Assembly: GCA_963823665.1 (NCBI GenBank)
Contig: CAWGMQ010000012.1
Coordinates: 64,001-128,000 of the forward strand
Length of the DNA: 64,000 bases
Reading direction: 5' to 3'
From: an uncultured Planctomycetota bacterium
GTDB lineage: Bacteria; Planctomycetota; Planctomycetia; Isosphaerales; Isosphaeraceae
Positions 45,301-54,302 of the stretch are shown piece by piece. Position 1 is the first letter of the stretch, and every line of letters starts with the position of its first letter. The position numbers and the translations under genes were made by a program. Below the pieces are notes generated by a model. The model saw nothing but the letters and a program-made list of their open reading frames with translations. It did not search any database and was not told the origin of the DNA.

Positions 45301-47433
45301 GTCACGTTTAGCATCCCGGTCAACCCGAGCACGTTCGGCTCGAGCACGCTCACTCTGACCGACAACGGCAACCCGGTCGCGATCACCGGCGCCGTCTCTC
45401 TTAGCCTTGTCTCGGGCAGCACGTATGACATCAACGGCCTCGCTGGGCTGACCACCGCCGAAGGAACCTACAGCCTCACCGTGAACGCGGCCAGCATTTC
45501 CGACTCCTACGGCAACCCGGGCACCGGCTCGCTGTCCACCTCCTGGCTGATGGACACGACCCGACCGACGAGTACCGTGAGCGCACTGCCGGCGCAGACA
45601 ACCTCCACGAGCTTCACCGTGTCGGCGACCAGCAGCGACCCAACCGGGTCGAACGGCAGCACACCGTCAGGGGTCGCTTCGATCGCACTCTACGACTCCA
45701 AGGACGGCGGGTCCTACACACAATTCGCCAGCGTAACACCAGCAAGTCCCTCCGCCCTCTTCACCGGCCAGGCCGGTCACACCTACGGCTTCTACAGCAT
45801 CGCAACCGACAACGCCGGCAATGTCCAGGCCACGCCCACCGCCCCCCAGCAAACCGCGCAGATCATCTCTCCTGCATCCGTGACTTCGATCGCCGCGGTC
45901 TCACCCAATCCCCGGAACACGGCCGTGTCCAGCATCGACGTCACCTTCAGCATCCCGATCAATCTGAGCACATTCACCGACTCGAGCGTCAACCTCACCG
46001 ATAACGGCGGCGCGAACCTCGTCACGAACGCGGTCACCTTCGCGGCCGTCTCTGGGTCGACCTATCAAATCAACGGCCTCACCGGGCTGACCAAGAACAA
46101 CGGCAATTACACGCTGACTGTGAACGCCGCCGCGATCCTCGACACATACGGCAACCCCGGCTCGGGAACCGCGTCGACGTCGTGGCTGATGGACACAGCC
46201 CCCCCCACAAGCAAGGTCAACCCGCTCGCGGCACGCGGCACCAGCCTCACGTTCCCTGTCTCGGTCTCTGGCTCCGACGGCGGCTCACCCGCCTCAGGCG
46301 TGAGGTCCTACACGATCTACTCAAGCACCAACGGCGGAGCCTGGTCGCTCTGGACCACCGTTTCGGCCGCCAACTCAACAGCCAACTTCACCGGCCAGAG
46401 CAACACGACCTACGCCTTCTACAGCACGGCGACAGACAACGCCGGAAATACCCAGGCCTACAGCCCGCAAATTGAGGCCAGCACGTATCTGCCCGACCTG
46501 ACCCCGACCCTCACGACGGTCGACAGTACGACCGGCACCAACCCGAGCACCGTCAACACCACGACCGGTACGTTCACGCTCAATCTGACCGGCAATGATC
46601 CCGGCGGTGGTATCGTGACCTACTTCGAGGTCTACGTCTCAGTCGATTCCGGCGCCTATAGGATGGTCAACAGCGCGGCGATCCCAGCCAGCCCGCCCAA
46701 CAGCCAGGGGCTCACATCCGCGACAATCCCTTACCAGGGCCTGACCGACGGAAACAGCCATACCTACCAGTTCTACAGCATCGGCATCGACAGCGCGGGC
46801 AACGTGCAGTCGGCGCCTTCGACCCCGAACCTGAGCCTGACCGAGACCTTCGCCCAGCCCTCGGCGCTCCAGGTGACGAACCTCATCGTCGAAGACGGCG
46901 CCGTCGAGCGTTCCTACATCCGCTACCTGCAAGTCGACTTCAACGAATCCGACACCCAGTCCGGCAGCGAGCTCACCCAGATCGTCAATTCACTCAAGAC
47001 CACAGCACCCGAGATCCAGCTCTACCAGTACGACTTGAACGACGACGAATCGAGCAAGACGCCCGTCTCGCTCGCCAACGTCAACGTCTCGCTGATTGAC
47101 CACGCCATCGAGCTCGACTTCGGCGCGAACGGCCTGGGCGGCAGCCCCAACACGACAACCGCCGATGGCTACTACGAGCTCGATATCAAGCTCCCGAGCG
47201 GATCGACCGCCGTGCACCACTTCTACCGCCTGCTCGGCGACGTCACGGGAGACGGCACGGTCGACAGCAACGACCTGAACGAAATCGCCGCCGAAATCAA
47301 TCTGTCCAACCCGCCAGGCCTTGCACCCCTGGGCGCCGACGTGAACGGCGACGGCACCGTATCCGCCCTCGACCTCACCCTAGCAACCCGCGCGAAGGGC
47401 CACAAGCTGAAGTCCGGTCTTTCCCTGGGATGA
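36306..47433 (+). CDS. Giant (~3700 aa) secreted adhesin-like protein: LEPR-XLL leader, HAF repeats, parallel beta-helix repeats, Ig/FN3-like repeats and a C-terminal dockerin-like motif; frameshift at ~44500
   Basis: ATG 36306 follows AGGAG; LEILEQRELLA; DLGTLGG...A.AIN..GQVVG; dozens of GN.IGTD..G repeats; GDVTGDGTVDSNDL...ADVNGDGTVSALDL. The extra base at ~44500 is clear from comparison with the intact repeat copies. Confidence 0.9.
41260..42830 (+). repeat. Nucleotide-level internal repeats of beta-helix units
   Basis: For example GTCGAAATCAGCGATCAAGGGACGAGCCAGAACCTCGTCGCGGGTAATTTCATCGGCACGGA at ~41592 and ~42141, with a variant at ~42502. Confidence 0.85.
44231..45900 (+). repeat. Tandem 639-bp (213 aa) repeat, ~2.6 copies
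   Basis: GTGACTTCGAT recurs at 44602, 45241 and 45880. 44602-45240 and 45241-45879 are nearly identical. Confidence 0.95.
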
Positions 47434-47776
47434 TCTCCCTCAGGATTCCAGACACCCATCCAGGTGTCACGGTACCCGCATCCATTCATTCGCGGCTCCC
47501 ACGTCCCGCGCAAAACCACGGTCTCTGGTCATCTCGAACACGCCAGAAGGCGCGTGCCCGACGTTCGGCAAGCGCTGGGTGTCTGACATCCTTCTGACAT
47601 CCTCGGTGCCAGGAGAAGAGAAAGCGTGATCGCCTTGACCGCGGGGTACGATGAGGTTGTCGGGACGGTAGGGGATCCTCGTGTAACGCACTAACGTTAA
47701 TCCCTACGGGCCTGGTTCGTCCGCTGCAATAGTTGCTCGCCGAACCGTGGCACGCACTTTTCAACGGGGTGGTTCC

Positions 47777-48775
47777 ATGACACGTTCAGACGCGATCGTC
47801 AGGCGGCAGCTCCTGAAGGCCGGGCTCATCGTTGCGGGTGTGCCGTTCTGCCCCGAGGCACTGTTCGACAAGCGCGCCGCCGCGGACGACGAGAAACCCG
47901 CGGGAGACGCCCCGATCGGGCCGCGCGAGATCATCAAGGGGCTCGACGGCATGAGCCGGGTCGCCGACAAGAGGATCACATTCGCCGGCGGGCACAACGC
48001 GGCCGCCGTTATCTCCTCTGCGTTCTTCTGCCGCGAACAGAAGCTCGACGCCGGCACGCAGAGAGAGATCCTGGCCTACCTTGATGCCCGGCTGTTCAAA
48101 AACCCGATCTACGCGGTGGCCCGGCCGAGGGAGGCCGCCGATCCGAGGCTCGTCGAGGGTCTGCTCGAAGACCTCGATGCTGGCATCGCCACACTGCGTG
48201 GGAAAGGCCACAACATCATCTTCGCGGTCACGTCCCTCAAGGCCCTCCGCGCCGTGCCCGAGGCCGCGACGCCCGAGCGGATCGACGGCTTGCGGAAGAT
48301 GGTCCAGAGCTTCGGGAAGACGAGGGGCACCGCCGCGAACGATTCCGAACCGCTCGTCGGCCTCGATGACGTGCAGAAGTTCGTCCACTTCGTTTTCGAG
48401 GAGTTCTTGAAGGCGAAGGGCGACGGGTTCGACGGACACGTGGTGACGATCGGGCACGCCCTGGTGGAGTTGTCCCGCATGGGGCACGAGGAACTGGCCC
48501 GCAAGGGAGTTCCGGCCTACTGGCAGTGGGTCCGGGAGGCACGCGCAGGTGATGACGAGGGCGGGGGCGAAGTTGTGCCGGCCCCGCCTCAGGAGCCAAC
48601 CCCGCTCACCCGCGAGTACTGGGCCGCTCAGGCGAAGCACCGCATCGGCGAGATCGTCAGTAGCCACACGGTCAAGTACCCGTATAGCTTCTACGCTCTG
48701 GCAAAGGACGTGAAGGACGAGGACCTGAAGAAGCGGATTCTGGCGAAAGTCTACCGCTTGACCGCGACCAACTGA
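47777..48775 (+). CDS. Hypothetical Tat-exported helical protein with repeated His motifs
   Basis: IVRRQLLKAG twin-arginine-like signal; GHNAAA, GHNIIF, GHVVTIGH, SHTVKY. Confidence 0.8.
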   Translation: MTRSDAIVRRQLLKAGLIVAGVPFCPEALFDKRAAADDEKPAGDAPIGPREIIKGLDGMSRVADKRITFAGGHNAAAVISSAFFCREQKLDAGTQREILAYLDARLFKNPIYAVARPREAADPRLVEGLLEDLDAGIATLRGKGHNIIFAVTSLKALRAVPEAATPERIDGLRKMVQSFGKTRGTAANDSEPLVGLDDVQKFVHFVFEEFLKAKGDGFDGHVVTIGHALVELSRMGHEELARKGVPAYWQWVREARAGDDEGGGEVVPAPPQEPTPLTREYWAAQAKHRIGEIVSSHTVKYPYSFYALAKDVKDEDLKKRILAKVYRLTATN

Positions 48776-48830
48776 CCTCGAACGCTCCACTCGTCGCCCC
48801 CGGCTCCCAACTATAAACTCTCGATGAAGC

Positions 48831-49883
48831 TCATCTCGCCGCCTTATCAAGCGGGATAACGCCCCGCATCACCGTTCGCTCACTCGGCACGAGAATCCGC
48901 GCCGGCAGGTAACCGTCGGCGCTGATTTGAAATTGATATGGGCCTCTCTCAGCCTCCAGCAAGATCTGAAATCCCTTCGGGGGAGACCGCCCCATGCGCG
49001 GGCCCCAGCGCCAGTCGTTCGTCCCGGAGTCATGAGTGCCGATCTGGATCCGGAACCTCGGTATGGCCTCCCGAGTCTGCGCATCGATCGCGACGATCTG
49101 AACGTCAACCGCAGGCCGCAGAGTGATCTCGGCCACACCGTCGCTAGCCGTGAGCGGATGAGCCCTATCGTCGTCGATATAGCCTGGCGCCGCGAACCGG
49201 AAGTTCACAGCCTCGGCGGGAGCATCCGCCCATTCGAACTGGCCGTCTTCGTTGGTCCACCCATGGAAAGGCAGGGGCGTCGTCACCAGCAACATCTCGC
49301 CGTAAACCCGGGCCCCCTCGATGGGATGGCCCGCTGGATCAACGACACGACCGCGGAGCCGTTCGGCCTCGGCCACGACAATGCCGCCCATCGTGGTGCC
49401 GCGCCGGAGCCGGAAGGTGCACGACTCGGGCGGACCCGGACTGCCCTCGAATCCCCAACCTTGTCCGACCGGCACGTAGCCGTCTTTCCGGACCTCGACG
49501 CTGAGCAACGGCTTTCCGTGCAGCGATGGATACTCAAGGCGGAGACGACCGCGCGGCCCCGTTCGAAACACATGAGTCCGAAAGTCGACCTGATTGCTGA
49601 TTCTCACGTCGGCGTCTGCTATCGCCCGACTTGTCTCGTCATCCACCACGGTTAATTCGACTGACCCGCGCTCGGCGACGCGCGGTACGACGGCCGGATC
49701 ATACGCGCGGGCCAACTCCTCCTCCGTCGGCGAGCGCCCTTGCGGTTCCGAAAGCGGGCGCCGGATCGGAGGTGCGCCCTGCGCGCAAGCCGGCTCTATG
49801 CCGATCGAAAGCGACCCAAGCCCGATCAACACGACGCCGATCGCCTTCATGGCGCGCCGAGCACCGAACCGATCGAGGATCAT
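48831..49883 (-). CDS. Secreted protein with carboxypeptidase-regulatory-like (transthyretin-like beta) repeats
   Basis: Signal peptide; VELTVVDDETSRAIADADV, GRVVDPAGHPIEGARV, TNEDGQFEW, FAAPGY, ISADGYLP. Confidence 0.75.
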   Translation of the reverse strand: MILDRFGARRAMKAIGVVLIGLGSLSIGIEPACAQGAPPIRRPLSEPQGRSPTEEELARAYDPAVVPRVAERGSVELTVVDDETSRAIADADVRISNQVDFRTHVFRTGPRGRLRLEYPSLHGKPLLSVEVRKDGYVPVGQGWGFEGSPGPPESCTFRLRRGTTMGGIVVAEAERLRGRVVDPAGHPIEGARVYGEMLLVTTPLPFHGWTNEDGQFEWADAPAEAVNFRFAAPGYIDDDRAHPLTASDGVAEITLRPAVDVQIVAIDAQTREAIPRFRIQIGTHDSGTNDWRWGPRMGRSPPKGFQILLEAERGPYQFQISADGYLPARILVPSERTVMRGVIPLDKAAR

Positions 49884-50006
49884 TCTGGTGACTCCGCCAA
49901 GGCACATCTCTCCACCACGGCGTGAACTGCGTGATCCAGTCATAACGCCATCCGTGTTGAGACTTTCGCAATGCAACGACCGCTGACCGCACCCGGCGGT
50001 CTCGGA

Positions 50007-51197
50007 TCACCGCGCTTTTGCAGGCTCCAATGGACTAGCACCGCTGCGACGACTGATATTCTCAAAGTTCATGGAGGCCAACCTTCCATCCAAGTCCCCC
50101 AGAACCAATGCGCTTCCGTTCGGCTCGAAAGCCAATGCAGTGATCATTGAGAAATCCCGAAGTACGCGCGACCGCACAAGGCTCCCATCATCGACATTCC
50201 ATATTTCAACGCCACCTAAAATTTTGCGCTCACTTGCATTCATGACTCTTTGCGAGAAGAGATATCTCGACTGAGCTACCCGCTCCATCACCCCATGCTC
50301 GCCGTGCGCCCGCCGGCCGTCACGAAGAAACGACCGTCCGGGGAAAAGGCGCTCGCAAAGCAGCCCTCACTCAACCTGGACGACAATTGCGACAACTTGC
50401 GATCCGTAAAGCGAAATAAAAAGATGCGCTTATCGAGGGTCAACTGCGCGAGAGAATCTGCGTGCGGCGAGAACTTGCTACGGGATAACTCTGCGGAAGG
50501 CGTTTTGAACGAGTCGTGCACCGTCGAAGAATCAACCTTCACCACCACATATGTCCCGTGTGGATCTCTCATGCGCGAGGTTTGCACCGCGAGCAGCTTT
50601 CCGTCGGCAGAGAACGCGAGATCGCGAGCGTAACCGGTGTCCGTCTTGAAACTGCATTTTGGTTCGTTCCCGGGCAATGAATGGACACGCACGAGAACCC
50701 GACTTGCAGCCCCACGCGACCAGCCCGCGCACCGCCGACAACGCGACGTCGAAGTCGAATCCTTCGGGCGGAAGGATCGTCGCAACGACGTTCCCGGAGT
50801 CAATGTTTCTCACCTCGACGAACCGCCGCACGGCACTTGTTTCAACAATCAAGCAACACGTGTTCTCCGTGAAAAAAACAACCTCGTACGCTCTCTTCCT
50901 GAATTGTTTGGTGCAAGTGATGGGATCCAGGGCGACGCCCGAACGCGGCCCAGGGCTGCCAGGCACTTCATACACGTCAAAATCGGAATCCTTGGCTGCG
51001 ATCCCCTGCGGCACCGGGCCTTCGTGGTACGTTAGCGGAACCGAACTCATTGCCAATCGCCGGCCCGAAGGCGTGTACGCAATGGACACCACACTCCACG
51101 CACGCTCTTCGCTCGTTGCGTCGTGAATGGATTGAATCCGGAAGAGATCCGACCTGTCACCCTGGACGAGCAAAGCGCACAAGAGCGTCGCGATCAT
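50007..51197 (-). CDS. WD40-like beta-propeller protein split by frameshifts near 50690 and 50290 (possible pseudogene)
   Basis: Consecutive minus-strand ORFs contain SIAYTPSGRRLA, LAFSADGKLLA, AFSPDGRFFVTAG and ITALAFEPNGSALVLGDLDG. Confidence 0.6.
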
Positions 51198-51289
51198 GCC
51201 CAGAATCTCCTGCGTAGAGGCTTGCAACGCGAGTTCAGCCGTCAATCGCCGCCACGCGGGTCCGCGTTGCTCCGTTCGACTCTAAATAG

Positions 51290-51460
51290 CATTGCGCAAT
51301 CATGTGACTGAGGTGGGTAGCACTGGCTTTGCCAGTCCTCTGGTGTAGCAGGCACACTCCGTGTGCCGCCCGCTGAAAGTTCCGCATGGGTGTCACCGCC
51401 TTTGCGATTGCTCCATGCTCGAACGAATCGCCGTCCTGGAATCGCGAAAAGCCATTTGGA
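51290..51460 (+). repeat. ~170 bp composite repeat containing the family B GTAG REP
   Basis: Shares the upstream AGGTGGGT.GC.CT, the REP core and the downstream CTCCATGCTCG..CGAATCGCCGTCC.GGAATCGCGAAAAGCCATTT with 60700-60864. Confidence 0.85.
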
Positions 51461-51685
51461 TCCTGCGCATCGTGACGAGCCGCGGCCGAGAACTTGGAGA
51501 ACCTACCGAATCCGAACACTTGCCACAATGTCAGTCGGCACCCGCTCTGATCGACCCGACGAGCGGTTGGTGCGACCTCGCTGTCGGGGTCCATCGCCAT
51601 CGTATCGTGGGCCAGCCAGATCCGGGCTGCGGCACTCTGGGCACCCTCTGCAAGATCGATTCGCCAGATTAACCCGGCGAAGCAA

Positions 51686-52729
51686 TCATAGGCCCAGGCG
51701 GAATACCCTGTTGCTTGTCTCCCAGAACACCTGTTGGCGCTCAGCCGGGTTCGGAAGCACGTCCTCGACGATCCGGATATGTTCCTCGATTCCGTAAGGC
51801 ACCGGACCGTAATCGGAGCCGAACATCACTCGGTCCGCACCGCACATTTCAATCGCGGCTCGCACTCCAATCGGGTTGAACCCCATGGTGTCGACCAGGA
51901 TGTTGGTCTTGAAGTAGTCGGATGGCGGCCGCTGGTTCCTGTAAGGCCGGCCAGCCGGCGGGTTGCGCACCCCCTTGTAGTTGAGGCGCCAGGTGAACTC
52001 AAGGCGTCCAAGGATCGACGGGAGTTCGCCGCCCATGTGGACGATCAGTACCTGTAGCTTTGGGTGGCGGTCAAACACGCCGGAGCCGATCATCCGGGCA
52101 CCGTTGACGGTCGAATCGAAGGGACGGCCGACTGCCTCGTTGAGGCGGTACTGCATGAGCACTTCATGCCCGACCGACAGCATCGGTGGATGAATGTGGA
52201 CCACGATGTCATTCGCTTCCGCAAACTCCCATAACCATTCAGCCTTGGGACTGTCGAGGAAAGCCCGATCCGCGCCGTCTCCGTAGCTGGACGCCACCGC
52301 AATCGCCTTGGCGCCGCCTTGGCTGATCATCTTCTCGACGATCGGCCGACAGCCCTCTTCGAGCGCGTGTGCGTTGGCCATCAGTGCGAACTCGCCGGGA
52401 TAGCGATCCCTGATCTCCAGGTATTCGTCGTTCAAGAACTTGAGGGCATCACCCGTGCTGACTTCTAGCATATCCCGCGCAAACCACTCCACCTCGCCGC
52501 CATTGCTGGCAAGGCTGAGGGTGACGCCGCCCTCGCGCTGCTTGGGCATGGCGTATTCCAGATCGAAAAACTCGCGATAGCAGATCAAGTCCTGAGCGTT
52601 AGTCTGCGGGAATTCTTTTTTCGGGTCGTACAAGCCGCGCTCCGCCATCTTGGCTGCGAGCTTGGGTCCGATCGGGTGCCGGTGGGTATCGACGATTGCC
52701 CAATATTTCGTTTTGTTCGGCGGTGTCAT
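51686..52729 (-). CDS. Amidohydrolase_2 family protein (ACMSD/decarboxylase-like)
   Basis: VDTHRH, VHIHP, VFDRHPKL...HMGGELP, GADRVMFGSDY. ATG 52729 has an AGGAGG RBS. Confidence 0.9.
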   Translation of the reverse strand: MTPPNKTKYWAIVDTHRHPIGPKLAAKMAERGLYDPKKEFPQTNAQDLICYREFFDLEYAMPKQREGGVTLSLASNGGEVEWFARDMLEVSTGDALKFLNDEYLEIRDRYPGEFALMANAHALEEGCRPIVEKMISQGGAKAIAVASSYGDGADRAFLDSPKAEWLWEFAEANDIVVHIHPPMLSVGHEVLMQYRLNEAVGRPFDSTVNGARMIGSGVFDRHPKLQVLIVHMGGELPSILGRLEFTWRLNYKGVRNPPAGRPYRNQRPPSDYFKTNILVDTMGFNPIGVRAAIEMCGADRVMFGSDYGPVPYGIEEHIRIVEDVLPNPAERQQVFWETSNRVFRLGL

Positions 52730-52885
52730 GGTAGCCTCCTCAACGGTTGGTTTACGGTCGATCGAGGTCCACCTCATGGGATCGGGGCTCGGACACCGTT
52801 TCCTCGGGACGAGTGCCGGGCAACTCCCAGAAGCGACACATGTGCGGTTCATTTCAAGTTAAGGTCGAGCCACGTTGACACGCGC

Positions 52886-52938
52886 AAAAAAAAGCCGGCG
52901 TGGTCGAGAACCCCTGAGGTCCGTGGCCACGCCGGCTT
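52886..52938 (-). terminator. Intrinsic terminator in the amidohydrolase leader
   Basis: Minus strand AAGCCGGCGTGG...CCACGCCGGC followed by T8, about 160 nt upstream of the start codon. Confidence 0.75.
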
Positions 52939-52993
52939 ACTCTGCGACGGACCACCCGGTTTAGCCGGGCTGCCCTTCGTCTAGTCGTCCGAG
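52886..52993 (-). ncRNA. Candidate riboswitch or attenuator leader RNA
   Basis: A CCCGG/CCGGG hairpin and alternative pairings of GGTCCGT lie immediately 5' of the terminator. The family is not identified. Confidence 0.5.
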
Positions 52994-53173
52994 CATATTC
53001 AAATCTGATCCGGGAGCCAAAGTGCGACTCTCGTGTCGACTTCCCCGAACATCTTCGTCATGCTACGTATCGCGTCAATAGAAAAGCAAGTCCATTGCTG
53101 TTACCGGCGTCAAGATGTTAAGCCTGCATCGCGATATCACCACGGTGACCGGCGCACACCCGGAGACTCAACC

Positions 53174-53370
53174 ATGGCGATCGCTCGCGCCATCTCGTCG
53201 ACCCCTCGATCACTCGCTGGTATCACTGCATCACCCGATGCGTTCGACGCGCGTGCCTGCTCGGTGAAGAACCACAAAGACGTGAAGAATGGCTCGAGCA
53301 CCGACTTGAAGAACGTTCGGAAATCTTCGCCATCTCACTCTGCGGTTTCTCAGTCATAGACAGCCGTTGA
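53174..53370 (+). pseudogene. Truncated Y1 (IS200-like / RAYT) transposase N-terminus
   Basis: GGAG RBS, then MAIARA/HLVDPSITRWYHCITRCVRRACLLGEE...REEWLEHRLEE.SEIFAISLCGFSVID*. It has one frameshift and stops just before the expected HUH (NHLH) motif. Confidence 0.8.
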
Positions 53371-53637
53371 TCCGAACGCGGTTAGAACTGGCGCACGTGC
53401 CCGGCGCGATAAGCCACACTTGCCAGCAGCCGCTTGAAGGGCGCGTCGCCCGCGGTACGCGCTGAATTGACTTCCGCGCTCGTCAACGACATCCTTCCAT
53501 GCGACGGTCTCCGCATGAACGTGGATTATCCGGCCAGCTCCCCCCACCGCCGTTCCGTTCGGCTTGACGATTCCGCAGGCATTCCTGATCTACATGCTCG
53601 TCGGTTACGATAGAGAACTTCAAAGGGAGCGATTGTA

Positions 53638-54228
53638 ATGGCAGAGCCAGCAGCCGAGCCCGTCGGTTGGGAAAGGGCACTCATGGCAGCGGAAAAGGTC
53701 AAGGATCGCCTGCGCAGGGCAACCCGCGCGCTCGACTCGGCCGGCGTGCCTTACGCGGTGGTCGGTGGCAACGCCGTCGCCGAGTGGGTCGCCCGGGTTG
53801 ACGAGGACGCCGTCCGCAACACGCGCGATGTCGATCTCCTGATCCGGCGTCCTGACTTTGCCGCGGCAAGAACCTGTCTTGAAGCAGTCGGGTTTGTTTA
53901 TCACCAGCTCCTCGACATCGATACGTTCATCGATGGGCGGCAAGGCAAGCCGAGCGGTCGAATCCATCTCCTCTATGCCGGTGAAAAAGCTCGAAGAGAC
54001 GACGATCACAGTTTGCCCGAAATCGACGAATCGGAGCGAGCCGTCGAATTCCAGGTCGCCAATCTCGAAGCGCTCGTGCGAATGAATTTGACCTCATATC
54101 GATTAAAGGACAAACTTCACATCCTCGATTTGATCGGTGTCGGCCTGATCGATGCGACTTGGCCGGCCCGATTTCCGCCTCTGCTCGGGGATCGTTTGCA
54201 GCAATTACTCGATGATCCGAACGGCTGA
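53638..54228 (+). CDS. Pol-beta superfamily nucleotidyltransferase (AbiEii-like / NTP_transf_5-like)
   Basis: PYAVVGGNAV...RNTRDVDLLI and the C-terminal R.KD..HILDL motif. Confidence 0.8.
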   Translation: MAEPAAEPVGWERALMAAEKVKDRLRRATRALDSAGVPYAVVGGNAVAEWVARVDEDAVRNTRDVDLLIRRPDFAAARTCLEAVGFVYHQLLDIDTFIDGRQGKPSGRIHLLYAGEKARRDDDHSLPEIDESERAVEFQVANLEALVRMNLTSYRLKDKLHILDLIGVGLIDATWPARFPPLLGDRLQQLLDDPNG

Positions 54229-54302
54229 TCGGCGCTCCGTTCGAAATACGGACAGCGAGACGCCCAATCTCTGGATTGGAGGGAGAACTCTCGACTTCGC
54301 GA

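Noticed and set aside
41260..45900. Internal repeats as DGR template/variable repeats
   Set aside because: No reverse transcriptase in the window, differences are not adenine-specific, and the repeats are ordinary in-frame domain duplications.
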